Source: Eledone cirrhosa (lineage: Eukaryota). Taken from it: 64,000 nucleotides of DNA. The stretch covers positions 295,182,001-295,246,000 of the forward strand of contig OZ024743.1 in assembly GCA_964016885.1 (NCBI GenBank), in the 5' to 3' direction. The notes under the pieces were generated by a model. That model did not search any database. It saw nothing but the letters and a program-made list of their open reading frames with translations, and was not told where the DNA came from. The position numbers and the translations under genes are program-made. Positions 33,785 to 47,909 of the stretch are shown here, piece after piece. Positions within the stretch are counted from its first letter, which is position 1. Each line of letters starts with the position of its first letter.

Positions 33785-34120
33785 TGTATATATAGTGTAT
33801 TTGCAATATACAGTATGCTTAATTAAAAGAATTTCGAAGAACTTACGCTATTGTTTTAGAGTAGTGACAGCCTCACTTACTTTAATTTTCAGCAAACAGG
33901 GGAGATAAAGATGACAGAGCTCTGTTTCGCAGTTTTTGGTGCTTATCAAAGCGAAGTACTCCGCCTGTTTGCTGAAAATCATGGATGTTTGATTCTTATT
34001 GAATTCTAGTAATTAAAGTAACCGAGACTGTCACTACTGTAAAACAATAGTGTAAGTTCTTCGAAATGCAATTAATTAAGCAAACAGTGTATTGCAAAAT
34101 ACACTATATATACATTCATA
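33780..34120. repeat. Nested inverted-repeat element (outer arms ~33780-33886/34011-34120; inner ~33885-33904/33959-33979)
   Basis: Reverse-complement arms visible; internal degenerate hammerhead-like remnant related to 33530-33568 and 34770-34806. Confidence 0.7.
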
Positions 34121-34153
34121 TATATATATCGCTATTTCAGAGCACCAATTCTA

Positions 34154-34197
<44 letters not shown>

Positions 34198-34207
34198 ACC
34201 TATTTTT

Positions 34208-34274
<67 letters not shown>

Positions 34275-34616
34275 TATATATATATATGTACATATACGAA
34301 CAACACCACGCACGCACATATACACTTATATATATATATATATTTCAGCACTTAGATGTTAAGAGCAAATTGAACAAGGTAAAGATGGTTTGATTTAGAC
34401 TGAAAGGTTTAAACGGGCAGAACAAACAGGGAAATGCATTTCCCTACAATCTCTTCAAATGTGTTTCAACTCAGTATCGACCTGCTTCTCAATCGGTAAG
34501 CCTCTTGATACCAGGCTACCGGAAAATGCCTGAGTGCTTAATTCAAAAGTACATCCATTAAAGTGTTCGTATACCAAATAAATACATCTTCTGTCAGGTT
34601 AGAGTACGTAAACACA

Positions 34617-34671
<55 letters not shown>

Positions 34672-34865
34672 TTTTTTTTATTTGTGCGTGTGCGCGCGCA
34701 CGCGTGTGTGTGTGCGTGCGTCTGTCTGTGTGTGATACGAGTAAAACCACAAACCCTCCATCTCATTCTATTTCTAAAAAGCATAAGAACTGTGAAACCG
34801 GTAAATGAAACATATAAATATTATTAAAAAGACTCCACTTCCATTTTCGATTTCCTTTCTTTATA

Positions 34866-36800
34866 TTATTGTTATACTTTGGGAGGGTGATGTTGCCAAT
34901 AAGAAACACACGCACCAGTTGCTTTCACTTCAATTTATTATATATTTATAAATTTATAAATTTATAAATTTCTGGTTGGTTGGTTGGTTCCACAACCAGA
35001 TAGTTGTTTATATATAGTCATAGTTCTTTCGTCACACACTCTGTGACCTCTTCAGTGACTGGGGTTCCTTTCTTTGTTTCTGTGCCTCTCCTTTGTTCTG
35101 TCCTACGCCATTTTGTTTCTGTGTGTGTGTTGTGTGCTCAGTCTGGGCATGCGCCACATCCGGGTGCCTGTGTGTGTTTATGTTCATTTATTTATTTGTT
35201 TATTTACATGTTACTGGTTGGTTGTTTGTTCTATGTGTGTGTGTGTTTTCATTTTGTCCTTAATTGTAAGTTGTGATGTTGCTGTTCTACTCATATTTTC
35301 TATTTAATTTTGGTTGCAATTCTTTTATGTTTATTGCCTCTGTAATTTGTCTAAACATTGCGTCTTTTCTGTGTGTAGATTCTATTTTTATTTCTATGTT
35401 CTCTAATTTACCCTTGTGTTCTATCTTAGCATGGTGGGTGAGTACAGATGATTCTTTATTATCTTGAAGAACTCGCCAGTGTTCATTTATCCGTTCCCCT
35501 ACACTACGAGCATACCAAAATCAACATACTGATTGCGGATTTGGTACGGGTGATGAGAAATGTGTCCCACATGTGCAACCCCGAAGAACTAGAGAGACAC
35601 ATACAACACTTCATCCACCGTATGCAGTTCTCTGGCTACAATCAGAGAGATAAAATCAGAGTGTATAGAGGAGCCAGAACCAAATGGGAAAAAATGTTAA
35701 ATAATGACATAAATGGGACCTGCCCCTTGTATAGTAGCGAATTTTGGAATAGAATAGAAATAACTAGGAACAAGGCTAATAGAATAAACTCATGGTATGA
35801 TAGCAATAAATACCAGAGTGTAATGTTCTCAATACAACCCCTAGAGGTGAATTAGCTTACAAATTTAGAAGGGCCCTAAATAAACATATACTCAATATTA
35901 AGATAGTAGAAAGACCAGGTACCTCCGTAAAAACACTTATTAGCAAGACATCCCCTTTTCAAAGACCCTCATGTATAGATAAGAAATGTATAACCTGTAA
36001 AATAAGCCACCATATTAACTGTAAAACTAGAAATGTAGTGTATAGCATAAGATGTACTGAAGGACAATGTAGAGACAAAAATATAGTGTACATAGGTGAG
36101 ACAGCTCGTAGTGTAGGAGAACGGATAAATGAACACTGGCGAGACCTTCAAGATAATAAAGAATCATCTGTACTCTACCAACATGCCAAAATAGAACACA
36201 AGGGTAAATTAGAGAACATAGAAATAAAAATAGAATCTACACACAGAAAAGACGCAATGTTTAGACAAATTACAGAGGCAATAAACATAAAAGAATTACA
36301 ACCAAAATTAAATAGAATATATGAGTGGAACAGCAACATCACAACTTACAATTAAGGACAAAATGAAAACACACCCACACATAGAACAAACAACCAACCA
36401 GTAACATGTAAATAAACAAATAAATAAATGAACATAAACACACACAGACACCCGGATGTGGCGCATGCGCAGACTGAGCACACAACACACACACAGAAAC
36501 AAAATGGCGTAGGACAGAACAAAGGAGAGGCACAGAAACAAAGAAAGGAACCCCAGTCACTGAAGAGGTCACAGAGTGTGTGACGAAATAACTATGACTA
36601 TATATAAACAACTATCTGGTTGTGGAACCAACCAACCAACCAACCAGAAATTTATAAATTTATAAATTTATAAATTTATAACTATATAATAAATTGAAGT
36701 GAAAGCAACTGGTGCGTGTGTTTCTTATTGGCAACATCACCCTCCCAAAGTATAACAATATCGGTTTTAACACACGATTTCAGATAAAAATCTTGCTAAA
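34866..36800 (+). mobile_element. 5'-truncated Penelope-like element with ~630-bp inverted pLTR (34866-35496 vs 36119-36760)
   Basis: Thumb/GIY-YIG fragments 35448..35855+ and 36038..36355+ homologous to 24510-25400; hammerheads at 35016-35060(-) and 36555-36599(+). Confidence 0.9.
36555..36599 (+). ncRNA. Minimal type I hammerhead (mirror at 35016-35060 minus)
   Basis: agtca-CTGAAGA-g-gtcaca gagtg tgtgac-GAAA-(t/g)aac-TA-tgact. Confidence 0.8.
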
Positions 36801-36886
36801 CAAATTCGGAAACGAAATTTCTTTATATTGTTAGTCGTGTAGGACATATGGTTTTTTTTATTTTAAAAAAATACCCATTTTCGTGT

Positions 36887-36933
<47 letters not shown>

Positions 36934-36934
36934 A

Positions 36935-36977
<43 letters not shown>

Positions 36978-36981
<4 letters not shown>

Positions 36982-37060
36982 CCAGTACCACAATTCCTTC
37001 GTTATGGGAACCTTACCACATTTCCTTCGTTATGGGAACCTTACCACATTTCCTTCGTTA
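36978..37060 (+). repeat. Three tandem ~28-bp units equal to the 3' terminus of the 17501/58495/62000 family
   Basis: gaaccttaccacatttccttcgttatgg x3 (first unit slightly divergent) between (TA)n tracts. Confidence 0.85.
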
Positions 37061-37151
<91 letters not shown>

Positions 37152-37155
<4 letters not shown>

Positions 37156-39677
37156 TAAAATAACAGATTAAAGTTTAAGCAAAGAATCGCTGCTTTCACC
37201 CTTAAAGGGATCTTCTGAAACTAACAAAGTCAATCTGTAAACGCAGAACTGGATATTTCAACTCCATCACTTTACCACTTCTCCTTAGAGCTATCAATTC
37301 CGCTAAAACACTCACTGTGGTTAAGGATTTCGAAGTTGATGACATCCTCAATGCCCGTAAGTCGGTGATTAATTTCGACAACTCTATTTGGATTAAAAAA
37401 TCCAATAGTACCCCATTCGACGTGAGTATGGGCGCCAGTGACTCAGCGGAGTTTACTGATCTTATTGGCCTTTTCCTTCTTTTCTCTATCAAGGACGAAT
37501 TCCCCAACGCAGGCGGTGGTTTGTACCGTGACGATGGTATTTTGACCATGACTAAGTGCGGACCTCGTGCTTGCGACAGATTCAGAAAAGAACTCACAGC
37601 CTTCTTTAAAGGCTTCAACCTCTCTATACAGGTTGAGGCCAATCTCTCGGTCGTTAATTACCTCGACGTTACCCTCAATTTATTGAATGGGTTGTATTAC
37701 CCGTATAGAAAGCCGAATGATACGTTTAATTACATAAGTAAGCATTCCAACCATCCTGCCAGCATAACTAAGAACCTGGTAAAAAACGTTTCGTTGAGGC
37801 TTTCCCGTCTTTCCACCAACGAGCGCATTTTCAACGACCATTCCACTATTTGCAATGAAGCTCTTGCTCGAAGTGGATTTGTCGATAAGGTAGCATATAC
37901 AGAGTACGAGAATAGACCTAGAAGAAATAGATCCCATCGCATTTGTTGGTTTAACCCACCATATAATATGGAGGTGGCCACACCATTAGCTAAGATCTTT
38001 CTTTCCCTTATTACGAAGCATTTTCTCCCTACACATAAATATAGTAACATTTTTAATAGAAACACTATTAACATTTCTTACTCTACGACTCCTAACCTTG
38101 CACATAACATCATAGCTTCAAATTTAGCTAAACTACCTAGCCGTAGGAACACGTGCAACCCTGTAGTTAGTACTAACTGTAATTGTAGGAATCGGGCTGA
38201 TTGTCCCCTATCCGGGAAATGCCTCTCTAGTAACATTGTCTACAAATGTAAGGTTGTAACACCCACGTCCCGTAGGGCCTACATAGGGTTAACCGCCAAT
38301 AGTTTCAAGCAGCGTCTTTACATGCATACCCATTCTTTTCGTTACCCTCTAATAAGGAATATGACGTCACTTTCAGCTTATATCTGGAGTCTAAAAGAGA
38401 ACCACACCCAATATAAGTTACACTGGGAGATCCTAGCTAGGGCTAGATCGTATAACGGAAAAAAAAGACCATGTGACCTCTGCGCCGCTGAGGCCCTGGA
38501 AATACTCTACTCCACAGACCACATCTTAAACAAAAAATCTGAGGCAATTTCAGCTTGTAAACATAAATTGCACAAAACTTTCCTGTATTACAGCCCCACG
38601 TTATACCCTAACGGATAGCACGATCTATACGTGGATATTTTACGTCTTGATGTGGGAGCTAAGTATATGTTTTGTTTATTCCTTTACTTATTTGCATAGG
38701 TAAGTATATATTACCCGTATGTTTTGTGAAGGTATGTATACCTTCTCGTACGTATATTTGACTGTTATGGCGTATAATCTTTACATATTCTGGTATTTAG
38801 GGTTTGGTTATGTGTATATGGGAGTTTTGCGTCTGCGTGAGTATGCAGGTTCGTACGTATGGTGGGTGTGTGTATATGTGTACTTCTTGTTTTAGTTGAC
38901 TTACGTCTCCGAACCTTCGTCTATTTATTTGTAGGTATGTGTGTGCGCTTGTTATATACGTATTTATTTACTTATATACGTTTATATAATTATTTATTTA
39001 TTTGTACACAAGCATACACACGTACACATATTTATATGTGCGTGGTTTTGTATACCTATGGTAAGGTTTTGCGTATGCTTGGGTATATACGTATCTGTTT
39101 GCATGTATGTATTTATTTGTTTCTATTACTTCTGTATTGTATTTATTTACTTTGTTCTTAACTCTGTAGCGGAGATTCATTCGGCTCCTAGTTAGAATTT
39201 TAGTCTACAACTTCTGCTATACCATTTACGTGGTTTTGTCTTTGCGTGCTATTGTTCTCCACGTTCCACATATGACGTATTATCTTCGTTTTTTTCGTTC
39301 ATTGCCAGAGAACGTCTCTATGAACCACTTAAGAGAACATTAGTCTACGACCTCTTTTATACCATAAACGTGGTTCTGTCTTTGCGCGTAATTGTTTTTC
39401 ACCGCTCCTATTAATGACGTATTATTCGTTTTTTCCCGTTCTTTGCCAGCGAACGTCACCATGAACCAAAGTATCGTCTTCCTGTCTTCCTCCGGTTGCA
39501 ACGTTTTTTGAAATATCCAGTTCTGCGTTTACAGATTGATTTTGTTAGTTTCAGAAGATTCCGTTAAGGGTGAAAGCAGCGATTCTTTGCTTAAACTTTA
39601 ATCTGTTATTTTAATAAATATTTGCTCTTCGGTTCTTATATATTTGATATATATTTTCCTTATAATTTTATTATTAT

Positions 39678-39682
<5 letters not shown>
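37152..39682 (+). mobile_element. 5'-truncated Penelope-like element, same family as 20562-23820, with inverted ~110-bp hammerhead-bearing pLTR (37152-37260)
   Basis: ORF 37317..38618; CAGAAGA hammerheads at 37163-37238(-) and 39531-39606(+). Confidence 0.9.
37317..38618 (+). CDS. Uninterrupted C-terminal half of PLE protein (RT motifs, thumb, Cys linker, GIY-YIG); 5'-truncated
   Basis: FDVSMGASDSAE, GLYRDDG, YLDVTL, SNHP, WFNPPY, CNCRNRADCPLSGKC, NIVY..YIGLT, CDLCAAE, CKH. Confidence 0.85.
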   Translation: MVKDFEVDDILNARKSVINFDNSIWIKKSNSTPFDVSMGASDSAEFTDLIGLFLLFSIKDEFPNAGGGLYRDDGILTMTKCGPRACDRFRKELTAFFKGFNLSIQVEANLSVVNYLDVTLNLLNGLYYPYRKPNDTFNYISKHSNHPASITKNLVKNVSLRLSRLSTNERIFNDHSTICNEALARSGFVDKVAYTEYENRPRRNRSHRICWFNPPYNMEVATPLAKIFLSLITKHFLPTHKYSNIFNRNTINISYSTTPNLAHNIIASNLAKLPSRRNTCNPVVSTNCNCRNRADCPLSGKCLSSNIVYKCKVVTPTSRRAYIGLTANSFKQRLYMHTHSFRYPLIRNMTSLSAYIWSLKENHTQYKLHWEILARARSYNGKKRPCDLCAAEALEILYSTDHILNKKSEAISACKHKLHKTFLYYSPTLYPNG

Positions 39683-39724
<42 letters not shown>

Positions 39725-39725
<1 letters not shown>

Positions 39726-39908
39726 TCTTCATCTTGCTCTTGCTCAACGAGGCTCCGGTTATCCTAAGCCAACGATCCCAAAGCATCTTCCTGTGTAGAG
39801 CCTACCAGATCCGCCAGCGCCCTCCATCACTGGCCCTCCCGTGCCAGCTCCTCTGTATCTTCCAAGGTGATGTCGAACCTCGGGACATCTTCCTTAATAG
39901 CATCCAGC
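39725..39908 (-). pseudogene. 3'-end fragment of an RTE-like LINE
   Basis: Minus-strand translation LDAIKEDVPRFDITLEDTEELARE..WRAL resembles RTE C-termini. Confidence 0.55.
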
Positions 39909-40729
39909 ATATATATGTATATTTCACTAATAATGTATATTTATATATCTAACAAAGTAAGTATATGGGTCACCTTCACTGCATTCTAAAAGAGGTAGTT
40001 TGTGAAAGTAGTAAATTTGAGAAGATTGAATGTTTAGGATGGTTGTTGTTAACCTGGTCACTCTGTGTGACAGTGGCTACTGGCTTGGGAATAGTAGTTG
40101 GTTATTTTTAGTTGGTCCTGCTTTTCGGGCTAAACAGCTTTTAAATTAAAAGTAATTGCGTTCAAGTTCTTTAATAAATCTTCTAATTGATTTGAAAGGT
40201 ACCTCAATGTGCCCCAGTTTACTCAAAATCTGTTTCCCTGAATGTCTTGTTTTGTTTTATTTTTACATTTCTGATGATTTATATATGTCTTCTTTTTTGT
40301 CAATGTGTTTCAAACAAGAAGAATGTTCTCTTTGAGAAATACAAATCCATATATTTATTAGAATGTTGATTTCGTTTTCTGACCAATTTTTATTATTATT
40401 ATTTTATTTTCCAGTATTGGTAGAAGGTCGGACACCATGTTTTAAGGCATAGAGTTACGGCCCTTGCCATTCTGAGTTTAAATCCCGCCGAGGTTAACTT
40501 TGTCTATCGATAAAGCACTAGACACGCACTGGGGTCGATTTAATTGACTTTTCCCTCTCCCAATTTTATTGGCCTTGTGCCTATACTATAAACCATTATT
40601 TTTTGGCGACATGTTGTTTTTCCTCCTTCTCCCTCTCTCTCGGGTGTGTGTGAAAATATGTGTTACTGATTTCTGTGTGTATGTCCAAGACAAGTTTGTG
40701 CAGAAATGTAAGTCTCAATAATGGCAATT

Positions 40730-41730
40730 CATTTTCGTCGACGCCCAGACTCTCCCCAAGAACGTCGTCCCTCTTCCGCTCCACTAATCCTCTATAGAAC
40801 GACAGGGTCGAGTTTCCACCGATCGTATTGCCCGACGAGTTTCCACCGATCGTATTGCCCGCTTGACCGACGACTGCAGCTCCGTCAAGAAGACGAGCTG
40901 GGGAAACACGTGTCTAGCAAACGGTGACCACACCTGATCACCGTCGAGAAAGAGGTGGAGATGCCGTAGCCTGAGCACGTGTCTGCGCATCATCAGCCAC
41001 AACATGCCCAGCCCTTTACGTAGAGGGTGTTGACAGCCGATAGATCACCTGACCATCAGAGTGCGTCCCTTCCACAAAAGCGAAAGAGCAAACGCTCCAG
41101 CGCAGTCAGGAGAGGCTTAGGACAAGGCACGACGGTCAGGCGGTAGTAGATGACGGACGCGATGTACGCATTCGCCACCTCCGCTCGATCATTCAGGGAT
41201 AGCTTCCTCTCTGCCCATTTCGGGGTGAGGGAAGCCAGCCTCCTCCTCACCTCGTCCCAGTTTTTGTCCGCCCGACGACGCTGTTGGATGGCATGGACCT
41301 GCCTCTCCAGGTGCCGTACTGCAGGCCCACCGACTTTTCCTGGATGATCATTGCTCTGTTACAGCCTCGTATTCTCTTAGTGTAATGCCGATCGCCTCGA
41401 TGTGTTTGGCGTTCGACAACAGTACGGTGAAATCGTCGATACATGCTGACACGGATCTTTCGCATCTCAGTTCGCGCGGAACCCCTCTCAACGTCTCCAG
41501 TTGGTGCAGTAGTGGCTCGAGAATCAATACGCACAGCAGGAACGAGAGGGTCATCCTTGGTGGATCGAGCGCATGATGCTGAACGGTTCCGAAAGGTGAC
41601 CGTTCACTCTCACCACAAAGCAGATGGCACTGTGCATGGCAGCGATTTAGCCTCTAAAGAAGGGCACAAAGCCAATCGCCCTCAGGACTGCCGCCAGATA
41701 ACGATGGTCGACAGATCTAAATTGACCAAT
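40730..41730 (-). pseudogene. Decayed L1/Tx1-like RT fragment
   Basis: FRSVDHRYL..VL.AIGF, LEPLL, SVSACIDD, KWAERKLSL..RAEVANAYIASVIYYRL; GC-richer than surroundings. Confidence 0.7.
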
Positions 41731-41742
41731 GAATAATAATAA

Positions 41743-41794
<52 letters not shown>

Positions 41795-43136
41795 GAGGAA
41801 GAAGACGCACATGGTGGATAGAAGGTCATGAAATCGCTCCCATAAGTTTTGATTTTTAACATATTTAAATCAATTGTGAAATAACAATTCTTAGTACAAA
41901 TGATACATAAAGCATCCGGCTTGAGTTTCCAAAAAATTCGGATCCATAATATATTGTTATATCGCTCAAATATTCAATTTGTATTATACATTTTATATTC
42001 AAAAACGAAAATGGTTATAAATGGAAGAAAACCCCCTCTGTCTACACTATATAGAACAGCCAAATAACAGCAATTTCACCAACACCAGAAACTTGATACA
42101 CCACCTACCCCATCACCCTTCTGTGTACACTAAAGACATCAGCCAGATCACGGCAATTTCACCACCACCACCACCAATCTCAGCATAATAATAATAATTA
42201 CTATTATTATTGTCTCAAGTTTTAACAAAGTGTTTAATTCCAATATTAAGGAAATTATGTCAACACATATACGCGACTAACCCCATAGGTTCACCGATCA
42301 AATAAAAATACAGTTCATTCAACAAAACTCAGTAACGACAACGCCTTGACTACAGTCACCGCCACCGCCGCCCATCCATCATTACTACCACTATCCCATC
42401 ACCGCCGCCACCACTCCTTCATTGCTACCACCGCTATCCCCCCATTACCTTCTGTTAACTTACGAAAGGGGAAGATGGCGGTATCAGTAGACAATATTAA
42501 TAAACAAGATTAATATTTAATTTTGGATCAGGAATGTTAGAGTCGAAAAGGAGGAAAATGAAAAAATGACTAAATAACTAAAGATAATTTCACCACCAAC
42601 ACCACCACCACTACCACGATGAAAACTATGGTCAAGTCGACTCAACCGCTATTTCTACTCCAACTTCAACACCATCACTACAGTAATACGAGCGCATCAC
42701 CACCACCACTGCCTCATTATTGCTACCGCCGCTATTCTCTCCCACTACCTCCTAGTTGCTGCTAGCACAGCACCGCCACCACCACCACCACCACCACCAC
42801 CACTGCCTCATTATCACTACCGCCGTTATTCTCTCCCACTACCCCCTGATACATCGTAGAATCGCCACTAAAAGAGGAAGGCATCAAAATATATAAATAG
42901 ACTGAATTGATGACCCGGTCAAAATCAAAAAAAACAAAAATCAAAATCAAAGCAGCACAGCAACAACGAAAAACGCAAAGAAAATAAAAGACGAAGAGAA
43001 AAACAAACAGGCGGACAGAGAAGGGAAGGGAAAAACTAAGTCAGACATTTAAACACTACATTACAATGAAACTTATGCTTATTCATTTTTGGGATTTTTT
43101 TTGCCTGTTTGATTGTTTGTTTATTTATGTTCGTCT

Positions 43137-46100
43137 ACAGCGTGATAATGCCACACAAAAATCACGTGGAGTGACGGAACCACCGGAGACGATGAATTCA
43201 CCGGTGGTTATGTAACCATACATTCCCCAATCCTCGATAAGAGTGTTTAAATGTCGAAACTAAACAGTTCGAATAACGGTGAAATGGAGACTAGACTGTC
43301 ATGTGACAGACTCTCACCCAACAGGTGCTCCCTGGCTCAGCAGCAGGGACCTGGCTGTCAACCAAATACTGCTGGTGTCGGAGGAAGAAGAAGAAGGAAA
43401 AGGACCAGAACCAACTGGACGAAAGAATTGAATAGAACTGTTATGCAATGTTACCTGAAGAGTAACCCCAAGGAGAAAGGCTATAGGAAACGGATGCATA
43501 ACATCTGGAACGAGATTGGTCTATTAAATTAGATGAACAAAAATTGGCCGGGCAGGCTCGGGTAATAAGAACTAATGGGTGGATAAGCGAGCTGGAACTG
43601 AAGGAACTGAGCAGAGAGATTAGCTTGGAGATGGAGAGTGGAGTATGCCAGGCAAACGAGCCAGTGGGAAATGAAGGTGAAGAGGTCGAGAGAACGGAGG
43701 AACCACCCGAAGCAGACAATGATCTGAATGCTGAGATAAATAATACCTGGAACAGAGATACGACCACTAAGGAGATGAATGCTGACGGGCTAGGACAAGA
43801 TTTGGTTGATAACCTAAACTTAGTGGTAGATGAATTGAACACTGATAGTGGGAGACCTATGAACCTAAGATTTGTAGACAGGAAAAAGATAAAAGAAACA
43901 ACAGCTAAGGTAAACAAAGTCATCCCATACCTTGAGGCGAGGAGCCTTCACCAGTGCAACAATATCCTCAAAGCAACAGCAAATACGATGAAAAAACTAC
44001 TTGGTATAAAAGCGAGAGGAATCAACAGACCAGAAAGAGCAGAGCCTTGGTGGAACAAACGACTGAGTGGTCAAATCAGGGAAATGAGAAATGACATTGG
44101 AAAGTTTGAGTCCCTACTGAATGGGACACTAAAAAACATAGACACTAAAAATAGACTGGAAATAAAGTATAAAACTAGGAGGAAAAAGCTAAATATTACC
44201 ATAGAGGAACTGAAGCAACGCATTGTAGCAAAGAGTGCAAAAATCAGGCGATACGAGAACAGAGTCTGCCAGTATAGACAGAACCGCATGTTCGACAACA
44301 AACAGAAGATGCTGTTTGGACAGCTTGAAGGAAAAGAAAGAGGCAACGACTTGATCCCTGAGGCGGAACAAACTAAGACATTCTGGAGAGGAATATGGGA
44401 ACAGGATGTTAAACATAATGACCAGGCCGTGTGGATATAGACAGTACGAAATGAGATTAGTGAACAGGCACACCAACAATCTGATTTGAGTATCACAGTT
44501 GAAACTCTTAAGAGGCAAGCCCAAAAACTAACCAACTGGAAATCACCAGGCCCAGATGGTGTGCAGTGGTATTGGATTAAAAATATAACATCCCTCCACC
44601 CGAAACTGACAACCATGTTCAATGACTGCTTGATGCCAGGTGAGGTACGAGAGTGGTTGACAAAAGGTACCACAGTTCTGATAATGAAAGACCGAATCAA
44701 GGGTAATGATGTTACCAACTATAGACCTATCACATGTCTGTCCGTAATGTGGAAACTGTTGACAAGCATTATGTCTGAGGAAATCTACCATCGCCTCCAC
44801 ACAAACAACTTGTTGCTGGACGAACAGAAAGGATGCCGAAAGAAGTCACGTAGTACAAAGGACCAGCTACTTATTGATAAGATGGTAATGAGGAATTGCA
44901 AGAGGAGACACTCTGGTCTTGCCATGGGATGGATAGACTACAAAAAGGCATTTGACATGGTGCCTCATTCTTGGATCACCAAAAGCCCGGAGATCTTCAA
45001 GGTGGCAGATAACATCAGACAGTTGTTGGGCAAAAGTATGAAGTCCTGGGAAAGAGAGTTAAAATCAACTGGAGAATCCTTGGGAAGCGTGAAGATCAAG
45101 AGAGGTATCTTCCAGGGAGATAGTCTGTCCCCTCTGTTGTTTGTCCTTGCCCTGATGCCCCTGACCAGTGTACTGCGAAAAGTGAGAGCAGGATACAGGT
45201 TGGGAAAGGGAGGGCTTACCATCAATCACCTCCTCTTCATGGACGATCTTAAGCTCTTCGGGAAGAGTGAGAAGGAGTTGGATGTGCTTGTTAACACTGT
45301 CCGTATTTTCACCAATGTTATATGTATGCAATTTGGTATTAGTAAGTGTGGTGTCATTGTGATGAGGAAGGGGTAAGTTGAGCAGAAGTAACGGAATCCA
45401 GGTACCAAGAGGTTAGATGATAAAGGAAATTGACTCTGAAGAAGGATACAAGTTCTGGAGGCTGATGACATCAAGAAGAAAAAAAGGAAGGAATTGATAA
45501 GAACTGAATACATACGGAGAGAAAGGAGCGTATTAAAGTCACATCTGAACAGTAGGAATGCCATAAGTGCAGTAAATTCCCGAGCTGTGTCTATTATTAG
45601 GTACAGTGCGGGAATTCTGAGATGGAATGTTGCTGAGCAAAAAGAAACGGATAGGAAGACTAGGAAGCTATTGACTATCTACAACATGTTCCACAAGAGG
45701 AGTGATGTGGATAGACTCTACTTAAGAAGATCTGAGGGTGGAAGAGGTATTATCAGCATAGAGGACTGTGTTCAGATGGAGAAAAACAGCCTACAAAAAT
45801 ACGTGACTGATAGTAAGGAGCTAATGCTCAGAACTGTACTGAAGGAGGGGACAATAGACCAGGGGATGTCCAAGGAGGAAATAAGATCAAGGAGAAAGAG
45901 CAGCCTTCAGGAAAAATCCCTTCATAGTACCTTCTTTGAGAAAACTGAATTTAGAGATCCACAGACATGGAACTGGTTGAAAAGAGGAGACCTTAAAAAG
46001 GCTACAGAAGGAATGTTAATGGCTGCGCAGGAGCAGGCCCTCAAAACGAAGTGGTTGAAACACCATATTTACAAGGAGGAGGCTAGCCCACTGTGCAGGA

Positions 46101-46744
46101 TCTGTGGAGAGAGAGAGGAGACTGTGGCTCACATTGTATCCGAGTGTAAACACCTAGCCCAGACTCACTATAAGGGCTGGAGACATGATGTGATGGGCAG
46201 GGTGATCCATTGGCACCTATGCAAAGTAAACAATTTACCACATTCTGAGAAGTGGTATGAGCATAAGCCAGAGTCGGTGATAGAAAACGATCAGGTGAAG
46301 GTGCTGTGAGATTTTAGGATACAGACGGACAAGAAACTGGAACATAATAGACCTGACCTGGTGGTTGTGGACAAGGAAAAAAGATCTTGCCTAATTGTAG
46401 ATGTAACCTGCCCATTCGAAACGAGAGTGCAAGAGAAGGAGAGAGAGAAAATTAACCGATAGCAGGACTTAAAGTGGGAGGTAAAATGGATTTGGGACTG
46501 CCATGAAGTCAAAGTCGTCCCGATTGTCTTAGGCGCACTAGGTACTATCTCAAAAGGTTTCCAGGGATGGTTTAAGAAAATTGGCCCCGCCCCGCTTTTT
46601 TGGAACACTTCAAAAGGCATGCTTGCTGGGAACAGCAATAACCCTCCGATACGTCCTGAATATATGAGGCTGCAGGTAGTGCCTTGATATTCATTTCAAC
46701 AAACTTTCCAGTTAACAAACATCAATGACTGAGACTCAAAGAAC

Positions 46745-46798
<54 letters not shown>
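43137..46798 (+). mobile_element. R4/Dong-clade non-LTR retrotransposon, full-length, decayed, ending in (TAA)n
   Basis: NWKSPGPDG, YRPITCL, DYKKAFD, GIFQGDSLSP, HLLFMDDLK; CRICGEREETVAHIVSEC knuckle, RHD, and REL motif NRPDLVVVD..IVDV; several stops and frameshifts; (AAT)n at 46746-46798. Confidence 0.9.
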
Positions 46799-46799
<1 letters not shown>

Positions 46800-47295
46800 G
46801 TTTAGGCACAAGACTAACAATTTTTGGTGGGGAGGGGAAAGTTGATTAAATCGACCCCAGTTCATTACTGGTGCCTTATTTATCGGCCCCGTAAGGATCA
46901 AAGGCAGATAACCTCAGCGGGATTTAAGAAATTAAAGATAATTAAAGAGGAAATCTCGTTAATATCTGAAACTGGACAAAAAGGATAAAGCATATCTTGT
47001 TGATCTTCTCACACTGCTACTCACAAAGGGCAAGGCAATTCAATGATTTGTGTATTTAATAGATATCCAAAACTTAAAAGTATTAAATTTCTCAAACGTT
47101 TTCGTTTTCATCGAGAAACATTAAAAACATATTCAATATGCAAGTATATTTCCAGCTAACATTAATATATTCAAATGGAGTTTAATATACGTGTTTTGTA
47201 AAACATACTGAATCACAATTTATATAGTCTGGAACTATAATGATATATCAGGTTTACCGGCATGTTCTTTGAAAATTAATTCATCTTACGTCGTC

Positions 47296-47387
<92 letters not shown>

Positions 47388-47909
47388 TTGTTTGTTTGTG
47401 TGTGGCGTGTGTGTGTGTGGGGGGGGGTATAATTAATCAATGAAACAAGCGTTAGAGGGTTTGTAATCAACTGATTTCTCATATATAACAGATGCCAAGC
47501 ACTCAACAGTTTATATTTATCCGGAGTATTATAATCTATATATTAATACGCTTATACCTACGTACCGTACGTACCGTACGTACGTCCGACCGTGTGTGTC
47601 ACGTTTTCAGTAAAACTATAGAAGTGGGGTGGTAAACAATCTACGACAATCTACGACCAAAGAAAATCAAAGGGTTGCAACGTTTGGGAAGGAGAGAGAG
47701 AGGGGGTTATAATATATTTAGAGAGAGGGGGTTATAATATAGAGAAAGGGATGGGTTATTATATATACGAGCAGAAGAAATGGCCATTGGCGGTTTTTTG
47801 CTAGCATATGTAGTGTGCATATTGGTATTATACGCAAATATATATGCATATAGATATATGTAAATTGAAAAGTAAATTGATAATATCTTCTTCACCCACT
47901 TATTTCTGA

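Noticed and set aside
36978-37060. CRISPR-like array
   Set aside because: Units are contiguous with no unique spacers, and the context is eukaryotic.
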